NCBI GenBank assembly: GCA_965249135.1
Contig: OZ252220.1
Location: forward strand, 224,001-288,000
Direction of reading: 5' to 3'
Length of the DNA: 64,000 nt
Source: Alphaproteobacteria bacterium
GTDB lineage: Bacteria; Pseudomonadota; Alphaproteobacteria; GCA-2746255
Shown: positions 50,342 to 61,970 of the stretch, one piece after another
Layout: each line of letters begins with the position of its first letter
Numbering within the stretch: position 1 is the stretch's first letter
Position numbers and translations under genes: made by a program
Notes under the pieces: model-generated
Told to the model about the DNA's origin: nothing
The model's database searches: none
Seen by the model: the letters and a program-made list of their open reading frames with translations, nothing else

Positions 50342-53300
50342 ATGCCGCGTGCCAAGACCAGGGCCAAGCAGCAGAGCGCGCCGGACGATGGTATGAAGCC
50401 CGGTGAGGGCCTGATCGCGCCCACCAAGGCGCGCCATCAGGTCCGTTTTGTGACCGCGACCAGCCTCTTCGATGGTCACGATGCGGCGATCAATGTCATG
50501 CGCCGCATCCTGCAGGCTTCCGGCGTCGAGGTGATCCATCTCGGCCACAATCGCTCGGTCGAAGAAATCGTCACCGCCGCGCTGCAGGAGGACGCCAATG
50601 CGATCGCCGTAAGTTCCTATCAGGGCGGCCATATGGAATTCTTCAAATACATGGTCGACCTCTTGAAGGAACGTGGTGGCGAGCACATCCAAGTGTTCGC
50701 CGGCGGTGGCGGCGTCATCGTCGCGGAAGAAATCGATGCGCTCTTGGACCACGGGGTTGCGGCCGTCTACTCGCCCGAGGACGGACGGCAGCTCGGTCTT
50801 CAAGGCATCGTCAACGACATGATCGAGAAATCGGACGCGGATTTAAGCGCAGCTCTGCCAGCAAATCTGGATGGTATCCAGGAAGGGAATTGGCAGCACC
50901 TTGCGCGCCTTATCACTGGCATCGAAGGCGGCACCGTCAAAAAGAATCTCCAAAAGGAGCTGCGCACGCTTGCCGCCAGGCATGCGGCGACCCCGGTCCT
51001 TGGCGTTACCGGCACCGGTGGGGCCGGGAAGTCTTCGCTGGTGGATGAAATCGTCCGCCGGTTCCGCATGGACGATGCGGACCTTGCCATCGCCATCCTC
51101 GCCATCGATCCGTCGAAACGGAAAACAGGAGGGGCGCTTTTGGGGGATCGCATTCGCATGAACGCGATTGCGCAAGGTGTCTATATGCGTTCGCTTGCCA
51201 CGCGTGCTTCGGGGGCGGAAATTCCGGCAGGCCTCGCCGACATGATTGCGGCATGCAAGGTAGCCGATTTTGATCTCGTGATTGTGGAGACGTCGGGAAT
51301 CGGTCAGGGGAATGCTGCGATCGTCGACCATGCCGATGTCTCGCTATACGTGATGACGCCGGAATTCGGGGCGGCAAGCCAGCTCGAGAAGATCGATATG
51401 CTCGACCTCGCGGATGTCGTCGTCATCAACAAATTTGATCGCAAAGGCGCCATGGATGCGCTTCGCGACGTTCGCAAACAGGTGCAGCGCAGCCACCAGG
51501 CCTTCACGGCGGCACCGGACGAGATGCCCGTCTACGGCACGATCGCCTCGAAATTCAACGACGAAGGCATCACCGCCCTTTACGAAGGCTGCCTCGAGCT
51601 TTTTAACGCCCGCAAGCTCGGAAGCTGGGAAATGCGCCTTCCCCCCATGGAGACGAAGGCCACCCAACCTCGCACGGTCATCGTGCCGCCGGCGCGCCAG
51701 CATTATCTCTCGGAAATCTCGGAATGCATGCGTGGCTATCTGGCGAAGGTCGCATCCCAGGCCGCCCTTGCCCGCGAGCTTCAGCAGCTTTCCGAAACCA
51801 AGCGCCTGCTCTTCGAGGCGGGCAAGGAGGCGGGCGCGATCGATTCCCTGATCCTTGTCCGGGAAGAGGCCCTGGAGGCGGAATTCCGTATCCTTCTTGA
51901 GGATTGGCCGCGCGTAAAGGCCGCTTACGGCGGCGACACGTTCGTCGAGAAAATCCGCGGGCTTGAAATCGAAACCCCGCTCTATGCTACGTCGCTTTCC
52001 GGCTCGAAGATCCCCCGCGTCGTCCTTCCTGGTTTCGAAGACCATGGCGAACTTCTCCGCTGGCTTGGCAAAGAGAATCTTCCCGGCCGCTTCCCATACA
52101 CCGCAGGCGTCTTCGCGTTTAAGCGGATGGACGAAGATCCGACTCGGATGTTCGCGGGCGAGGGGGACCCCTTCCGGACGAACGAGCGGTTCAAGTACTT
52201 ATCGAAAGGCACGCCGGCCAAACGCCTTTCGACGGCGTTCGATTCCGTTACCCTTTACGGAGCCGACCCCGGCGAGCGCCCCGACATTTACGGCAAGGTC
52301 GGTAATTCCGGTGTTTCCATCGCCACTCTCGACGACATGAAAGTGCTCTATGACGGTTTCGATCTGTGCGATCCGAAAACGTCCGTATCCATGACGATCA
52401 ATGGTCCGGCGCCCGCCATTCTTGCGATGTTTCTGAACACGGCCATCGACCAACGGCTGGATGGGTTTCGTGCCCGCGAAGGGCATGAACCGAACGACAA
52501 GGAGGCGGCGAAAATCCGTGCAGATGTTCTTTCCGTCGTCCGCGGCACCGTACAGGCCGATATCCTCAAAGAGGATCAGGGCCAGAACACCTGCATCTTC
52601 TCGACGGAATTCGCCTTGAAGATGATGGCGGATATCCAGGAATATTTCGTCGAACACAAGGTGGAGAATTTCTATTCCGTCTCGATCTCCGGCTATCACA
52701 TCGCCGAGGCGGGCGCCAATCCGATCACCCAGCTCGCCTTCACCCTTGCCAATGGATTCACCTTCGTCGAGACCTATCTCGCAAGGGGAATGCACGTCGA
52801 CGATTTTGCGCCGAACCTTTCCTTCTTCTTCTCGAATGGCATGGATCCGGAATATTCCGTTTTGGGGCGTGTGGCGCGGCGCATCTGGGCGACGGCCATG
52901 AAGTTCAAATATGGCGGCAACGAACGCAGCCAGAAACTGAAATACCACGTTCAGACATCCGGCCGATCCCTGCATGCGAAGGAGATGGCCTTTAACGACA
53001 TCCGAACGACCCTGCAGGCGCTGATTGCCATCTGCGACAACTGCAATAGCCTGCACACGAACGCCTATGACGAGGCGTTCACCACGCCGACCGCCGAGTC
53101 CGTTCGACGCGCGCTGGCGATACAGATGATCATCAATCGCGAATGGGGGAATGCGAAGAACGAAAATCCGAACCAGGGTGCCTTCTTCTTCGAAGAGTTG
53201 ACGGACCTCGTTGAGGAGGCGGTGCTACAGGAGTTCGAGCGGATCTCGGAACGTGGCGGCGTGCTGGGTGCGATGGAAACCGGCTATCAGCGTGGGAAGA

Positions 53301-53641
53301 TTCAGGATGAATCCCTCCTCTATGAGATTCGCAAGCACGATGGCAGTCTGCCGGTTGTCGGCGTGAACACGTTCCTCAATCCCGAAGCGGAAGGGGCTTT
53401 GCCGACGCCGGCCCTCCAGCGCTCGACGGAGAAGGAAAAACAAAACCAGATCCTCCGCCTTCGCGACTTCCAGGCAAGCCACGCCAACGTGGCCGCCGCC
53501 GCCCTTGCCCGCCTGAAGGAGGCGGCGATGCAGGATGCGAACGTTTTTGCGGTCTTAATGGACACGGTGCGCTGCTGTTCGCTTGGCCAGATCAGCCAGG
53601 CGCTGTTCGAAGTCGGCGGCCAATATCGCCGAAATATGTAA
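50342..53641 (+). CDS. icmF: Fused isobutyryl-CoA mutase (B12-binding domain, MeaI GTPase, mutase)
   Basis: [71 protein letters not shown]. Confidence 0.95.
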   Translation: MPRAKTRAKQQSAPDDGMKPGEGLIAPTKARHQVRFVTATSLFDGHDAAINVMRRILQASGVEVIHLGHNRSVEEIVTAALQEDANAIAVSSYQGGHMEFFKYMVDLLKERGGEHIQVFAGGGGVIVAEEIDALLDHGVAAVYSPEDGRQLGLQGIVNDMIEKSDADLSAALPANLDGIQEGNWQHLARLITGIEGGTVKKNLQKELRTLAARHAATPVLGVTGTGGAGKSSLVDEIVRRFRMDDADLAIAILAIDPSKRKTGGALLGDRIRMNAIAQGVYMRSLATRASGAEIPAGLADMIAACKVADFDLVIVETSGIGQGNAAIVDHADVSLYVMTPEFGAASQLEKIDMLDLADVVVINKFDRKGAMDALRDVRKQVQRSHQAFTAAPDEMPVYGTIASKFNDEGITALYEGCLELFNARKLGSWEMRLPPMETKATQPRTVIVPPARQHYLSEISECMRGYLAKVASQAALARELQQLSETKRLLFEAGKEAGAIDSLILVREEALEAEFRILLEDWPRVKAAYGGDTFVEKIRGLEIETPLYATSLSGSKIPRVVLPGFEDHGELLRWLGKENLPGRFPYTAGVFAFKRMDEDPTRMFAGEGDPFRTNERFKYLSKGTPAKRLSTAFDSVTLYGADPGERPDIYGKVGNSGVSIATLDDMKVLYDGFDLCDPKTSVSMTINGPAPAILAMFLNTAIDQRLDGFRAREGHEPNDKEAAKIRADVLSVVRGTVQADILKEDQGQNTCIFSTEFALKMMADIQEYFVEHKVENFYSVSISGYHIAEAGANPITQLAFTLANGFTFVETYLARGMHVDDFAPNLSFFFSNGMDPEYSVLGRVARRIWATAMKFKYGGNERSQKLKYHVQTSGRSLHAKEMAFNDIRTTLQALIAICDNCNSLHTNAYDEAFTTPTAESVRRALAIQMIINREWGNAKNENPNQGAFFFEELTDLVEEAVLQEFERISERGGVLGAMETGYQRGKIQDESLLYEIRKHDGSLPVVGVNTFLNPEAEGALPTPALQRSTEKEKQNQILRLRDFQASHANVAAAALARLKEAAMQDANVFAVLMDTVRCCSLGQISQALFEVGGQYRRNM

Positions 53642-53752
53642 AATTTTCAAAGTATTAGAGACATTTCTTTCGGCCACTCTTAAATAGAAAGTTAACCTTT
53701 ACGCGGCATGATGTTAGGGCCGCGTGATGTGCGCAGCGCTTGCTTGTGCGGA

Positions 53753-54244
53753 ATGGAAAGGAACGTCGTGCAGTCGGAATATCTGCAAATCTTTTCGATG
53801 ATCGAGCGGCTTCACCGTCGATTCCTCGACGTGGTGAAGAACGAATTGGATCGGCTTGGCATTGCGGACATCAACAACGTCCAGAGCCTGATCCTGTTCA
53901 ACGTCGCCAAGGAGGAACTGACCGTGGGCGAACTCACGATCCGGGGTTTCTACCTTGGCTCGAACGTTTCGTACAACCTCAAGAAGCTGGTCGAAAACGG
54001 CTATCTCGTTCAAGAACGCTCCACCCACGACCGGCGTTCCGTTCGGGTGTGGTGCTCGGAAAAGGGGCTCAAGCTCTGCACTATTCTGCAGACGATCTTC
54101 GGCAAGCATGTCGAAGCCCTCGACAAGGGCTATTTGACGCTCGAAGATCTGGAGGCGACGAACAAAACCCTGAAGCGGCTCGAACGTTTCTGGACCGATG
54201 CGCTTCGGTTTATCGCTGACCTGTCCCTCGACGAGGCGTCTTAG
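53753..54244 (+). CDS. MarR-family regulator (LdtR-like)
   Basis: IERLHRRFLDVVKNELDR..DINNVQ..TVGEL..YLGSNVSYNLKKL..DRRSVRV. Confidence 0.88.
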   Translation: MERNVVQSEYLQIFSMIERLHRRFLDVVKNELDRLGIADINNVQSLILFNVAKEELTVGELTIRGFYLGSNVSYNLKKLVENGYLVQERSTHDRRSVRVWCSEKGLKLCTILQTIFGKHVEALDKGYLTLEDLEATNKTLKRLERFWTDALRFIADLSLDEAS

Positions 54245-54261
54245 AATCTGGGAGGGGTCCG

Positions 54262-55173
54262 TTAGCGCGGACGATCCTCCACAAACCAATCCATCAGCGT
54301 TTCGATTTCCGGATAGGGAAAACTATGCGGTGCATCGGTAAGTTCCCGATAGGTGACGTCGTTCGTGTGTGCGCGAAGTTCTTCCACGGTTTTTTGTGCG
54401 GGCCCGATGGGAAAGATGGGGTCCGCCGTGCCGTGGACGATGTAGAGCGGAATCTTCGGCATCATGGCGACGTTGAAGGGCCTTGTCCCGGCAAGGAAGG
54501 CCGCTTTCCGCAACGGGGTACGTTTTCTGCAACAAAGCTCGAAGCCCGCGATGGCGCCGTCCGAAAGCCCCGCCAGCATCGTTTCCTCCTTCGAAAGCCG
54601 GTAGTTTTCCGCAAGCTTCTCCACCATCGATTCGATCCATTCGAAATCAACCCCCGACCAGGTCACCCCGCGCGAGGCGGGCGCGTAAACGACGAGTTTT
54701 CTTCGCGCGGCCGCGAACACCCATTTCCAGATGAAATTCTGGGCCTTCATGAAGGCGCCGTGCAGGACGACCAGCATGGCGTCCCGCGAGCTTCCGTCGC
54801 CCGGAGGCCGATAGAAGGCCTCATCGCCTTCCTCGAAGACCTCGCCTTCGTATTCGCGCGCGAAGACCACCTTCTTGAGCAGAACGTTCGCCGCATCCAC
54901 GGCAAGTTTCACACGCACGGCGTCCTCGAATTGGCGAATATCGGATTGCCCGAACGCCGTCATCGCTTTTTCGAGTTCGACGAACGCGCGGGTAAGTTCG
55001 ATATCCACCAGCTTGTCCGCATGCCCCTCCAACGACTTGCAGGTCGGCACCCACTTCTCGAGTGCCTCCTCTTGGAGGGTGGTCACCCTTTTCGCGTCGT
55101 GAAAGGCGAGGCGGAACAGAAAATTGTCGATATCTTGTGCGAGTTCGCCAAGACCTCCGGCTTTTTCCGTCAC
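54262..55173 (-). CDS. Phospholipase/carboxylesterase-family alpha/beta hydrolase with N-terminal helical extension
   Basis: LVVLHGA, PASRGVTW, AGLSDGA, IVHGTADPIFP, HSFP. Confidence 0.75.
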   Translation of the reverse strand: MTEKAGGLGELAQDIDNFLFRLAFHDAKRVTTLQEEALEKWVPTCKSLEGHADKLVDIELTRAFVELEKAMTAFGQSDIRQFEDAVRVKLAVDAANVLLKKVVFAREYEGEVFEEGDEAFYRPPGDGSSRDAMLVVLHGAFMKAQNFIWKWVFAAARRKLVVYAPASRGVTWSGVDFEWIESMVEKLAENYRLSKEETMLAGLSDGAIAGFELCCRKRTPLRKAAFLAGTRPFNVAMMPKIPLYIVHGTADPIFPIGPAQKTVEELRAHTNDVTYRELTDAPHSFPYPEIETLMDWFVEDRPR

Positions 55174-55314
55174 CCGGGACCTCGAAGGTGCAGATGAAGA
55201 GGACGGTTAGCATAGATGCCCCATGGCCGAATGCAATTTTGTTTTCCAGGACTTGGACCTGGGACAAAAGCGCGGTCATGTCACCAGGGGCCTGGATATG
55301 GTAGAAGGTCAGCC

Positions 55315-55560
55315 ATGACACGAAATTCCGATACCGGCGAAGGGCCCGATACCGGCGAAGGGGAGGTCCTGATCGAGATTCAGCGCGTCGGAAACGCCGT
55401 CAAGGTGACGGCGATGGATCCGGTGACGTTGACGGAGATCACGATCGTCGGTTCGCCCCAGGACACGGAAGCGACGCTGACCCAAACGGCGGTACAAAAG
55501 CTTATCTATGTATTGAACAAAAAAGGCGTATTGAACAAAAAAGGCCATAAAGCCGATTGA
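55315..55560 (+). CDS. Small DUF6898-like protein
   Basis: EVLIEIQRVGNAVKVTAMDPVTLTEITIVG..AVQKLIYVL; carries two 18-bp in-frame duplications (55328-55362, 55510-55545). Confidence 0.8.
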   Translation: MTRNSDTGEGPDTGEGEVLIEIQRVGNAVKVTAMDPVTLTEITIVGSPQDTEATLTQTAVQKLIYVLNKKGVLNKKGHKAD

Positions 55561-55587
55561 AATAGGCAAGGCGAAAGAACGAACTTC

Positions 55588-57138
55588 ATGAAGACCGGCA
55601 TATTCCGAAGAAGGTGGATTCTTTGGCTGTTGGCCATCCTGGTTGCGCTGGCGGTTCTTGCCCAGCAAGTGCCGGAAGACTTCGATTCAAAGATTAACGC
55701 GACGCTGTCTCCTCTCACGGACGCCGTCTCCAGTGTGATTTTCTATGCGGTTCCGTTCGGCGGATCCGAGGTCAAGCTGATCGTCGTCTGGCTGATCATC
55801 GTTGCGGTCTCTTTCACGCTCTACCTTCGCTTCATCAATATTTGGGGCTTTGCGCATGCGATCGCGGTCGTTCGTGGCAAGTATACGGACCCCACGCAGC
55901 CTGGCGAGGTCTCCCACTTCCGGGCGCTCACGGCGGCCCTGTCGGGAACCGTAGGCCTTGGCAACATTGCCGGCGTCGCGGTGGCGATTGCGCTCGGCGG
56001 GCCGGGGGCGACGATTTGGATGATTGTCGCCGGATTTTTCGGCATGGCCTCGAAGTTTGCGGAGTGCACCCTTGGCGTGAAGTACCGCATCGTGCACGAG
56101 GACGGGACCGTCTCCGGCGGACCGATGTTTTATCTTTCGCGTGGCCTTGCCGAGATCGGACTGGCCCGGCTGGGACGTGGGCTCGCCGTCCTCTTTGCGA
56201 TGATGTGCATTGGAGGGGCAATTGGGGCCGGCAACATGTTCCAGGCGAACCAGGCCTATCAGCAATTCGTCAATGCGACCGGGGGCGAGGCCAGCTTCTT
56301 CTATAACCAAGGCTGGCTGTTCGGCCTGATCCTCGCCGTTCTGGTCGGTCTCGTCATCTTGGGCGGCATCAAAAGCATCGCTGGCGTCACGGCGCGGATC
56401 GTCCCCTTCATGGGCGGCATCTACCTGCTTGCTGGCTTCGTCATCGTCGCCATGAATGCCGAACAAGTCCCGACTGCCCTTGCCGCCATCGTGCACGGCG
56501 CGTTTACGCCGGAGGCAGGGTTCGGCGGCCTGATCGGCGTTCTCATGACGGGCGTGCAGCGGGCGACCTTTTCGAATGAGGCCGGCATCGGTTCGGCGCC
56601 CATCGCGTATGCTTCCGTGCAGACGGCGGAGCCAATCTCCGTAGGCTTTGTTGCGCTACTTGAGCCCTTCATCGATACGATCATCATCTGCACGATGACG
56701 GCGCTCGTGATTGTGCTCTCGGGCGTCCATCTCGAAAAAGAGATCTACTTGGACGGCAACGCGCTCGGTGGTGTGTTGATGACGTCGGCCGCCTTTGCCA
56801 GGACGATCGACTGGTTCCCCTACGTTCTGGCGCTGGCCGTCACGCTCTTTGCCTTTTCGACGATCATTACCTGGTCGTATTACGGTCTGAAATGCTGGAC
56901 CTACCTTTTCGGCAAGACGCGAACAGCGGATCACGTTTTCAAGATCATGTTCCTTTCTTTCACGGTCGTAGGTTCGGCCATGGGGCTTGGGTCAATCATC
57001 GCTTTCTCGGATGCAATGATCTTCGCAATGACCTTTCCGAACGCGATCGGCCTTTACTTGCTGGCCGGAAAACTGCGCGCAGATTTACGTTCCTATTGGA
57101 CACGGCTGAAGGCGGGTGAAATCGTCCCCCAAACGTAA
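55588..57138 (+). CDS. Alanine/glycine:cation symporter (AGCS family)
   Basis: [62 protein letters not shown]. Confidence 0.95.
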   Translation: MKTGIFRRRWILWLLAILVALAVLAQQVPEDFDSKINATLSPLTDAVSSVIFYAVPFGGSEVKLIVVWLIIVAVSFTLYLRFINIWGFAHAIAVVRGKYTDPTQPGEVSHFRALTAALSGTVGLGNIAGVAVAIALGGPGATIWMIVAGFFGMASKFAECTLGVKYRIVHEDGTVSGGPMFYLSRGLAEIGLARLGRGLAVLFAMMCIGGAIGAGNMFQANQAYQQFVNATGGEASFFYNQGWLFGLILAVLVGLVILGGIKSIAGVTARIVPFMGGIYLLAGFVIVAMNAEQVPTALAAIVHGAFTPEAGFGGLIGVLMTGVQRATFSNEAGIGSAPIAYASVQTAEPISVGFVALLEPFIDTIIICTMTALVIVLSGVHLEKEIYLDGNALGGVLMTSAAFARTIDWFPYVLALAVTLFAFSTIITWSYYGLKCWTYLFGKTRTADHVFKIMFLSFTVVGSAMGLGSIIAFSDAMIFAMTFPNAIGLYLLAGKLRADLRSYWTRLKAGEIVPQT

Positions 57139-57149
57139 AAATTGGCAAT

Positions 57150-57180
57150 AAAAAACCCCCGCACCGAAAATTTGCGCGGG
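57150..57180 (-). terminator. Probable terminator downstream of mucR, part of an imperfect 18-bp duplication (57164-57199)
   Basis: Minus strand CCCGCGC-9 nt-GTGCGGG then GG and T6, between convergent genes. Confidence 0.55.
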
Positions 57181-57221
57181 CCCAAAAATTTGTGCGGGCA
57201 ATGTGCGGAGGACGAATCTCG

Positions 57222-57668
57222 CTATTTGTGCGCCTTGCGACCGCGTTTTACGTTTCCCCGCTTGCCCAACCCGATTTTCTTGGCGAAATCCGAACGTTGG
57301 GCGGCGTAGTTCGGTGCCACCATCGGATAATCCACAGGCAAGCCCCACTTCGCGCGGTATTTCTCCGGCGTCAGGCCATAGGTCGTGCGCAAATGCCGCT
57401 TTAACATCTTCAGCTTCTTGCCGTCTTCCAGGCAGATGATGTAGTCGGGCGTGATCGATTTGCGGATCGAGACCATGGGCCGTGGCGGCGCCGCATCCTG
57501 GGCGGCTCCGGCCGCGTTCAGCGAATCAAGCGAACCGTAAACCGACTGGATGACCTCGGGGATTTGCCCGGCATCGAGATTGTTGCAGCCGACATAGGCC
57601 GAGACGATCTCGGTGGCCATCCGGAGCAGTTCCGTCCGGGAAGTTTTCTCGGAAACGCCGTCACTCAT
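57222..57668 (-). CDS. mucR: MucR/Ros zinc-finger transcriptional regulator
   Basis: EIVSAYV, SITPDYIICLEDGKKLKMLKRHL, YRAKWGLP.DYPMVAPNYA..RS..AKKIGLG. Confidence 0.95.
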   Translation of the reverse strand: MSDGVSEKTSRTELLRMATEIVSAYVGCNNLDAGQIPEVIQSVYGSLDSLNAAGAAQDAAPPRPMVSIRKSITPDYIICLEDGKKLKMLKRHLRTTYGLTPEKYRAKWGLPVDYPMVAPNYAAQRSDFAKKIGLGKRGNVKRGRKAHK

Positions 57669-57971
57669 GTATTTGTGCGATGTTTATTATAGGTTAAGGC
57701 AAGGTCTATCTTGCATATCAATATTTGCCTGTCAATAGAGTCAAAGTAAAACGAAGCCCTTTCCCTTAGAAAAATCAAGAAAATGACCGTACATTCTCTT
57801 GCATGAAGTCTTCACAGGCCGATTTCCACTCGAATTCATTGTTTGGCTTTCGTCCCCCGTAGTCCCACGATTCTTACGTCTCGCCCCGGCCGCCGGCGGG
57901 GGCAGGCTGGCATGGCCATGCGACATATGGTAGCTTTCGGCGTTTTCCACCCAACTGCTGCCCGTCCGGCA

Positions 57972-58412
57972 ATGCCTGAGAAGCCAATTGCGATCGCCTC
58001 GGATCACGCGGGATTCGACTTGAAGGCAATCCTGAAGGAGGAGTTGCTGAACATGGGATTCGAGGTCCTCGATCTAGGGACGGAGGGTACGGAATCCGTG
58101 GATTACCCGGATTTCGCCGATGCGCTTGCCAAGGCGTTCCGCCAGGGAGATGCGGAGCGCGGTGTGCTGGTCTGCGGAAGCGGTCTTGGCATCAGCATGG
58201 CGGCCAACCGCCACCCCGAGCTGCGGGCAGCCCCTTGCCACGACGCGAACTGGGCGCGTCTTGCCCGCCAGCACAACGACGCAAACGTCTTGGCGCTAGG
58301 CGCGCGGTTGATCGAGGTGGATGCCGCCAAGGCGTGTTTGAAAGCGTTTTTGGAAACGCCCTTCGAGGGTGGCCGGCACGTCGGCCGGGTTCAAAAACTT
58401 TCCGAACGATGA
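57972..58412 (+). CDS. rpiB: Ribose-5-phosphate isomerase B
   Basis: IAIASDHAG, SVDYPD, CGSGLGISMAANR, ARQHNDANVL, FEGGRH. Confidence 0.96.
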   Translation: MPEKPIAIASDHAGFDLKAILKEELLNMGFEVLDLGTEGTESVDYPDFADALAKAFRQGDAERGVLVCGSGLGISMAANRHPELRAAPCHDANWARLARQHNDANVLALGARLIEVDAAKACLKAFLETPFEGGRHVGRVQKLSER

Positions 58413-58460
58413 ATTGAAGCCCCGCGATGAATTGAAGGAATTGAAGAAAGGCCGATTTGA

Positions 58461-59768
58461 ATGTCCGTCATCAAAGCCTCATCGCCGCATTTCACGGGCA
58501 AGGAATTTTTCCTTGAGAGTTTGGCGCGGACGGATCCCGTCGTCTTCGAGACCATTCAAAGCGAGCTTCGCAGACAGCAGAACCAGATCGAGCTGATTGC
58601 CTCCGAGAACATTGTTTCTGCTGCCGTCCTTGAGGCGCAGGGCTCGGTGCTTACGAACAAATATGCCGAAGGCTATCCATCGAAGCGTTATTACGGTGGC
58701 TGCGAGTACGTCGACATCGTCGAAGCGCTTGCCATCGCGCGCGCGAAGCAACTCTTCGACTGCCCCTTCGTGAACGTGCAACCGCATTCCGGCGCACAGG
58801 CGAACGGCGCGGTAATGCTGGCCTTGCTGAAGCCTGGGGACACGATTCTCGGCATGTCGCTCGCGGCAGGTGGGCATCTCACCCACGGGGCGAAACCGGC
58901 GCTGTCTGGAAAATGGTTCAATGCCGTTCAATACGGCGTGCGCGAAGAAGATGCGCGCATCGACTACGACGAGGTGGAACGTCTGGCCCGTGAGCACAGG
59001 CCGAAACTCATTATTGCGGGTGGGTCCGCCTATCCTCGGATCATCGATTTCAAGCGGTTTCGCAAGATCTCGGATCTGGTCGGGGCCGCGCTCATGGTCG
59101 ATATGGCGCATTTTGCCGGCCTCGTCGCCGGCGGCGTGCATCCAAACCCGGTTCCCCATGCCGATGTCGTCACGACGACGACCCACAAGACCCTGCGCGG
59201 ACCGCGTGGCGGCATGATCCTGAGCAGGGATGAGGCGATCGGGAAAAAGATCAACTCGGCCGTCTTTCCGGGCCTGCAGGGCGGGCCGCTCATGCACGTG
59301 ATCGCCGCCAAGGCGGTTGCCTTCGGCGAGGATCTCCGGCCCGAGTTCAAGGATTATGCCCGGGCCGTCGTCGAAAACGCGGCCGCCCTTGCTTCGGCGC
59401 TCGCCGATCGGGGATTCGACACGGTTTCCGGTGGAACGGACACCCACCTTCTTCTCGTCGATTTGCGTTCGAAACGGGTGACCGGCAAGGAGGGCGAGAT
59501 CACGCTGGAGCGTGCCGGCATGACCTGTAACAAGAACGGCGTTCCTTTCGATCCCGCACCGCCCACGGTCACGTCCGGCATCCGGCTTGGTTCGCCGGCG
59601 GCCACCACGCGAGGCTTCGGCGTGCAGGAGTTCCGCCTCGTTGGCGAGTTGATCGCCGATGTTCTGGAAGGGCTGGCGGCGCATCCAGATGACAATTCGG
59701 TCGCCGAGGCGGCAGCGAAGCAGCGCGTCGACGAATTGTGCCGCCGTTTTCCGATCTATACGGAATGA
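58461..59768 (+). CDS. glyA: Serine hydroxymethyltransferase
   Basis: [49 protein letters not shown]. Confidence 0.98.
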   Translation: MSVIKASSPHFTGKEFFLESLARTDPVVFETIQSELRRQQNQIELIASENIVSAAVLEAQGSVLTNKYAEGYPSKRYYGGCEYVDIVEALAIARAKQLFDCPFVNVQPHSGAQANGAVMLALLKPGDTILGMSLAAGGHLTHGAKPALSGKWFNAVQYGVREEDARIDYDEVERLAREHRPKLIIAGGSAYPRIIDFKRFRKISDLVGAALMVDMAHFAGLVAGGVHPNPVPHADVVTTTTHKTLRGPRGGMILSRDEAIGKKINSAVFPGLQGGPLMHVIAAKAVAFGEDLRPEFKDYARAVVENAAALASALADRGFDTVSGGTDTHLLLVDLRSKRVTGKEGEITLERAGMTCNKNGVPFDPAPPTVTSGIRLGSPAATTRGFGVQEFRLVGELIADVLEGLAAHPDDNSVAEAAAKQRVDELCRRFPIYTE

Positions 59769-59814
59769 ACGATACGTTCCGGCATAAGTTTGCCGGAAAG
59801 GGGGAGAGGATGAG

Positions 59815-60273
59815 ATGCGTTGCCCGTTTTGCTTTAACGACGATACCCAGGTCAAGGACTCACGCCCGACCGAGGACAATTCCGCCATTCGCCGGCGCCG
59901 TCTGTGTGTCGGATGCGGCTCACGCTTTACGACGTTTGAACGGGTTCAGTTGCGGGAATTGACCGTTCTCAAGAAGAGCGGGCGGCGTGCCCCCTTCGAT
60001 CGGGAAAAACTCACGCGTTCGATTCAGATCGCGGTCCGCAAACGACCGGTGGAGCAGGAACAGGTCGAACGACTCATCAACGGAATCGTCCGGCGGCTGG
60101 AAAGTTCGGGCGAAAGCGAAACTTCCTCCGAAGTGATCGGCGAGATGGTGATGGACGCCCTGGCCAACCTCGACCAGGTTGCCTATGTCCGATTTGCCTC
60201 CGTGTATCGCAATTTCCACGAAGCCAAGGACTTCGAGGAATTCGTGGGGCGGCTGAGTGCCGACGACGAATAA
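59815..60273 (+). CDS. nrdR: Transcriptional repressor NrdR
   Basis: MRCPFC..DSR..IRRRRLC..C..RFTTFER, ATP cone, [10 protein letters not shown]. Confidence 0.97.
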   Translation: MRCPFCFNDDTQVKDSRPTEDNSAIRRRRLCVGCGSRFTTFERVQLRELTVLKKSGRRAPFDREKLTRSIQIAVRKRPVEQEQVERLINGIVRRLESSGESETSSEVIGEMVMDALANLDQVAYVRFASVYRNFHEAKDFEEFVGRLSADDE

Positions 60274-61372
60274 CGACCACGACCTTCGTCATATGCAAGC
60301 CGCGCTGGGCTTGGCTCGGCGCGCCTTGGGCGGCGTCGCACCGAACCCTGCGGTGGGCTGCATCCTCGTCAGCAAAGGCCGGATCGTAGGGCGGGGCTGG
60401 ACGCAAAGCGGCGGGCGTCCCCATGCAGAGACGGAAGCGCTGGCCCGGGCGGGCGAAGCGGCAAGCGGAGCCACGGCCTATGTTTCGCTCGAGCCCTGTG
60501 CCCATGACGGAAAGACGGCGCCGTGCACGAAGGCCCTGATTGCGGCGGGCATCGCCCGGGCCGTCGTCGCGGTCGAAGACCCGGACCCGCGCGTCGCCGG
60601 CAAAGGCATCGAACGGCTCGGCCAAGCCGGCATCGAGGTGGAGGTTGGTGTCGCGTCCCGAGCGGCGGCGGATCTCAATGCCGGCTTCTTCCTGCGCGTG
60701 TACGAGGGCCGTCCGCTTGTCACCCTGAAGACGGCGACGACCCTTGATGGCCGCATCGCCACCCGCGAGGGTGAAAGCGAGTGGATCACCGGCGAGCAAG
60801 CGCGCCACGTATCCCACTACTTTCGGGCAACCCACGATGCGATCTTGGTTGGTGCCGGAACGGTCAGCATCGACAATCCGATGTTGACCTGCCGGCTTCC
60901 CGGATTCGAGAATCGCGTGCCAGTGCGCATCGTCGTCGATTCCCGACTTCGCTTGCCGCTTACCAGCAAACTTGTAGCAACGGCGGGTCGAATTCCGACC
61001 TGGGTTGTCGCTCGGGAAGACGTGGACAGCGAACGCCTGCGTGCGTTCGAGGATTGTGGAGTCGAGGTGCTTGGGATACCGCCCGACAGGAACGGCTATC
61101 CGGACATTGTGGAAATGATGCAGGAATTCGGCAGGCGCGGCCTTACGCGCGTTCTTCTGGAAGGTGGCGGGCACCTTGCCGCTGCGCTATTTGCGCGTGA
61201 GCTGATCGATCGCATTGCCTGGTTCCGTGCCCCGTTCATCATGGGCGGCGATGGGGTGCCGGCGGCAGCCGCGTTCGGAGTTGACCGTCTCACCGATATG
61301 CCCACCTTTATACGACAGGAAACGCGGGCCGTCGGCCCGGACCAGCTCGAAATCTACGCCCGTCGGCAGTAG
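60257..61372 (+). CDS. ribD: Bifunctional riboflavin deaminase/reductase RibD
   Basis: [39 protein letters not shown]. Confidence 0.96.
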   Translation: MPTTNNDHDLRHMQAALGLARRALGGVAPNPAVGCILVSKGRIVGRGWTQSGGRPHAETEALARAGEAASGATAYVSLEPCAHDGKTAPCTKALIAAGIARAVVAVEDPDPRVAGKGIERLGQAGIEVEVGVASRAAADLNAGFFLRVYEGRPLVTLKTATTLDGRIATREGESEWITGEQARHVSHYFRATHDAILVGAGTVSIDNPMLTCRLPGFENRVPVRIVVDSRLRLPLTSKLVATAGRIPTWVVAREDVDSERLRAFEDCGVEVLGIPPDRNGYPDIVEMMQEFGRRGLTRVLLEGGGHLAAALFARELIDRIAWFRAPFIMGGDGVPAAAAFGVDRLTDMPTFIRQETRAVGPDQLEIYARRQ

Positions 61373-61379
61373 GACTGGC

Positions 61380-61967
61380 ATGTTCACAGGCATTATCGCG
61401 GATAGGGGACGCATTCGCGCGATCGCATCGACGAAAGATGCGCGAATCGAGATCGAGACCGGGCTCGATTTGTCCGATCTCGCCATCGGGGCCTCGATCG
61501 CTTGCTCGGGCGTCTGCTTAAGCGTGGTTGAGAAGGGCAAGGGGTGGTTCGCGGTGAAAGCCTCGGCCGAGACGTTCACGCGCACAACCTTGGGCGACTG
61601 GCGTGAGGGCACGGCCGTCAATCTGGAGCGTGCGGCACGCCTCGGTGATGAAATGGGCGGCCATCTTGTTAGCGGTCATATCGATGGCACGGCGGAAATC
61701 CTGAGCCGCGAGCCGGAAGGGGAAAGTTTGCGTTTTCGCTTCAAAGGCCCGCCGGAACTGGAGCGCTTCTTGGCGCCGAAGGGCTCCGTCGCGCTCGATG
61801 GCGTTTCGCTTACGGTAAACGAAGTCGATGGCGTAAACTTCGGCGTCAATATCATTCCGCTTACTCGGCAGATGACGACCTTCGGAAGTGTAGAGGCGGG
61901 CGCGCGGGTGAACGTGGAAATCGATCAGCTCGCGCGCTACCTTGCCCGCCTTCTGGAGAAGGAATAA
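61380..61967 (+). CDS. ribE: Riboflavin synthase
   Basis: MFTGII, GASIACSGVCL, VNLER, GGHLVSGHIDG, KGSVALDGVSLTVN. Confidence 0.96.
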   Translation: MFTGIIADRGRIRAIASTKDARIEIETGLDLSDLAIGASIACSGVCLSVVEKGKGWFAVKASAETFTRTTLGDWREGTAVNLERAARLGDEMGGHLVSGHIDGTAEILSREPEGESLRFRFKGPPELERFLAPKGSVALDGVSLTVNEVDGVNFGVNIIPLTRQMTTFGSVEAGARVNVEIDQLARYLARLLEKE

Positions 61968-61970
61968 CCC

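Noticed and set aside
50215-60256. Cobalamin (icmF), glycine (AGCS, glyA) or FMN (rib operon) riboswitches
   Set aside because: The leaders are short or overlapping and I could not find the conserved aptamer motifs by eye. A covariance-model scan would settle it.
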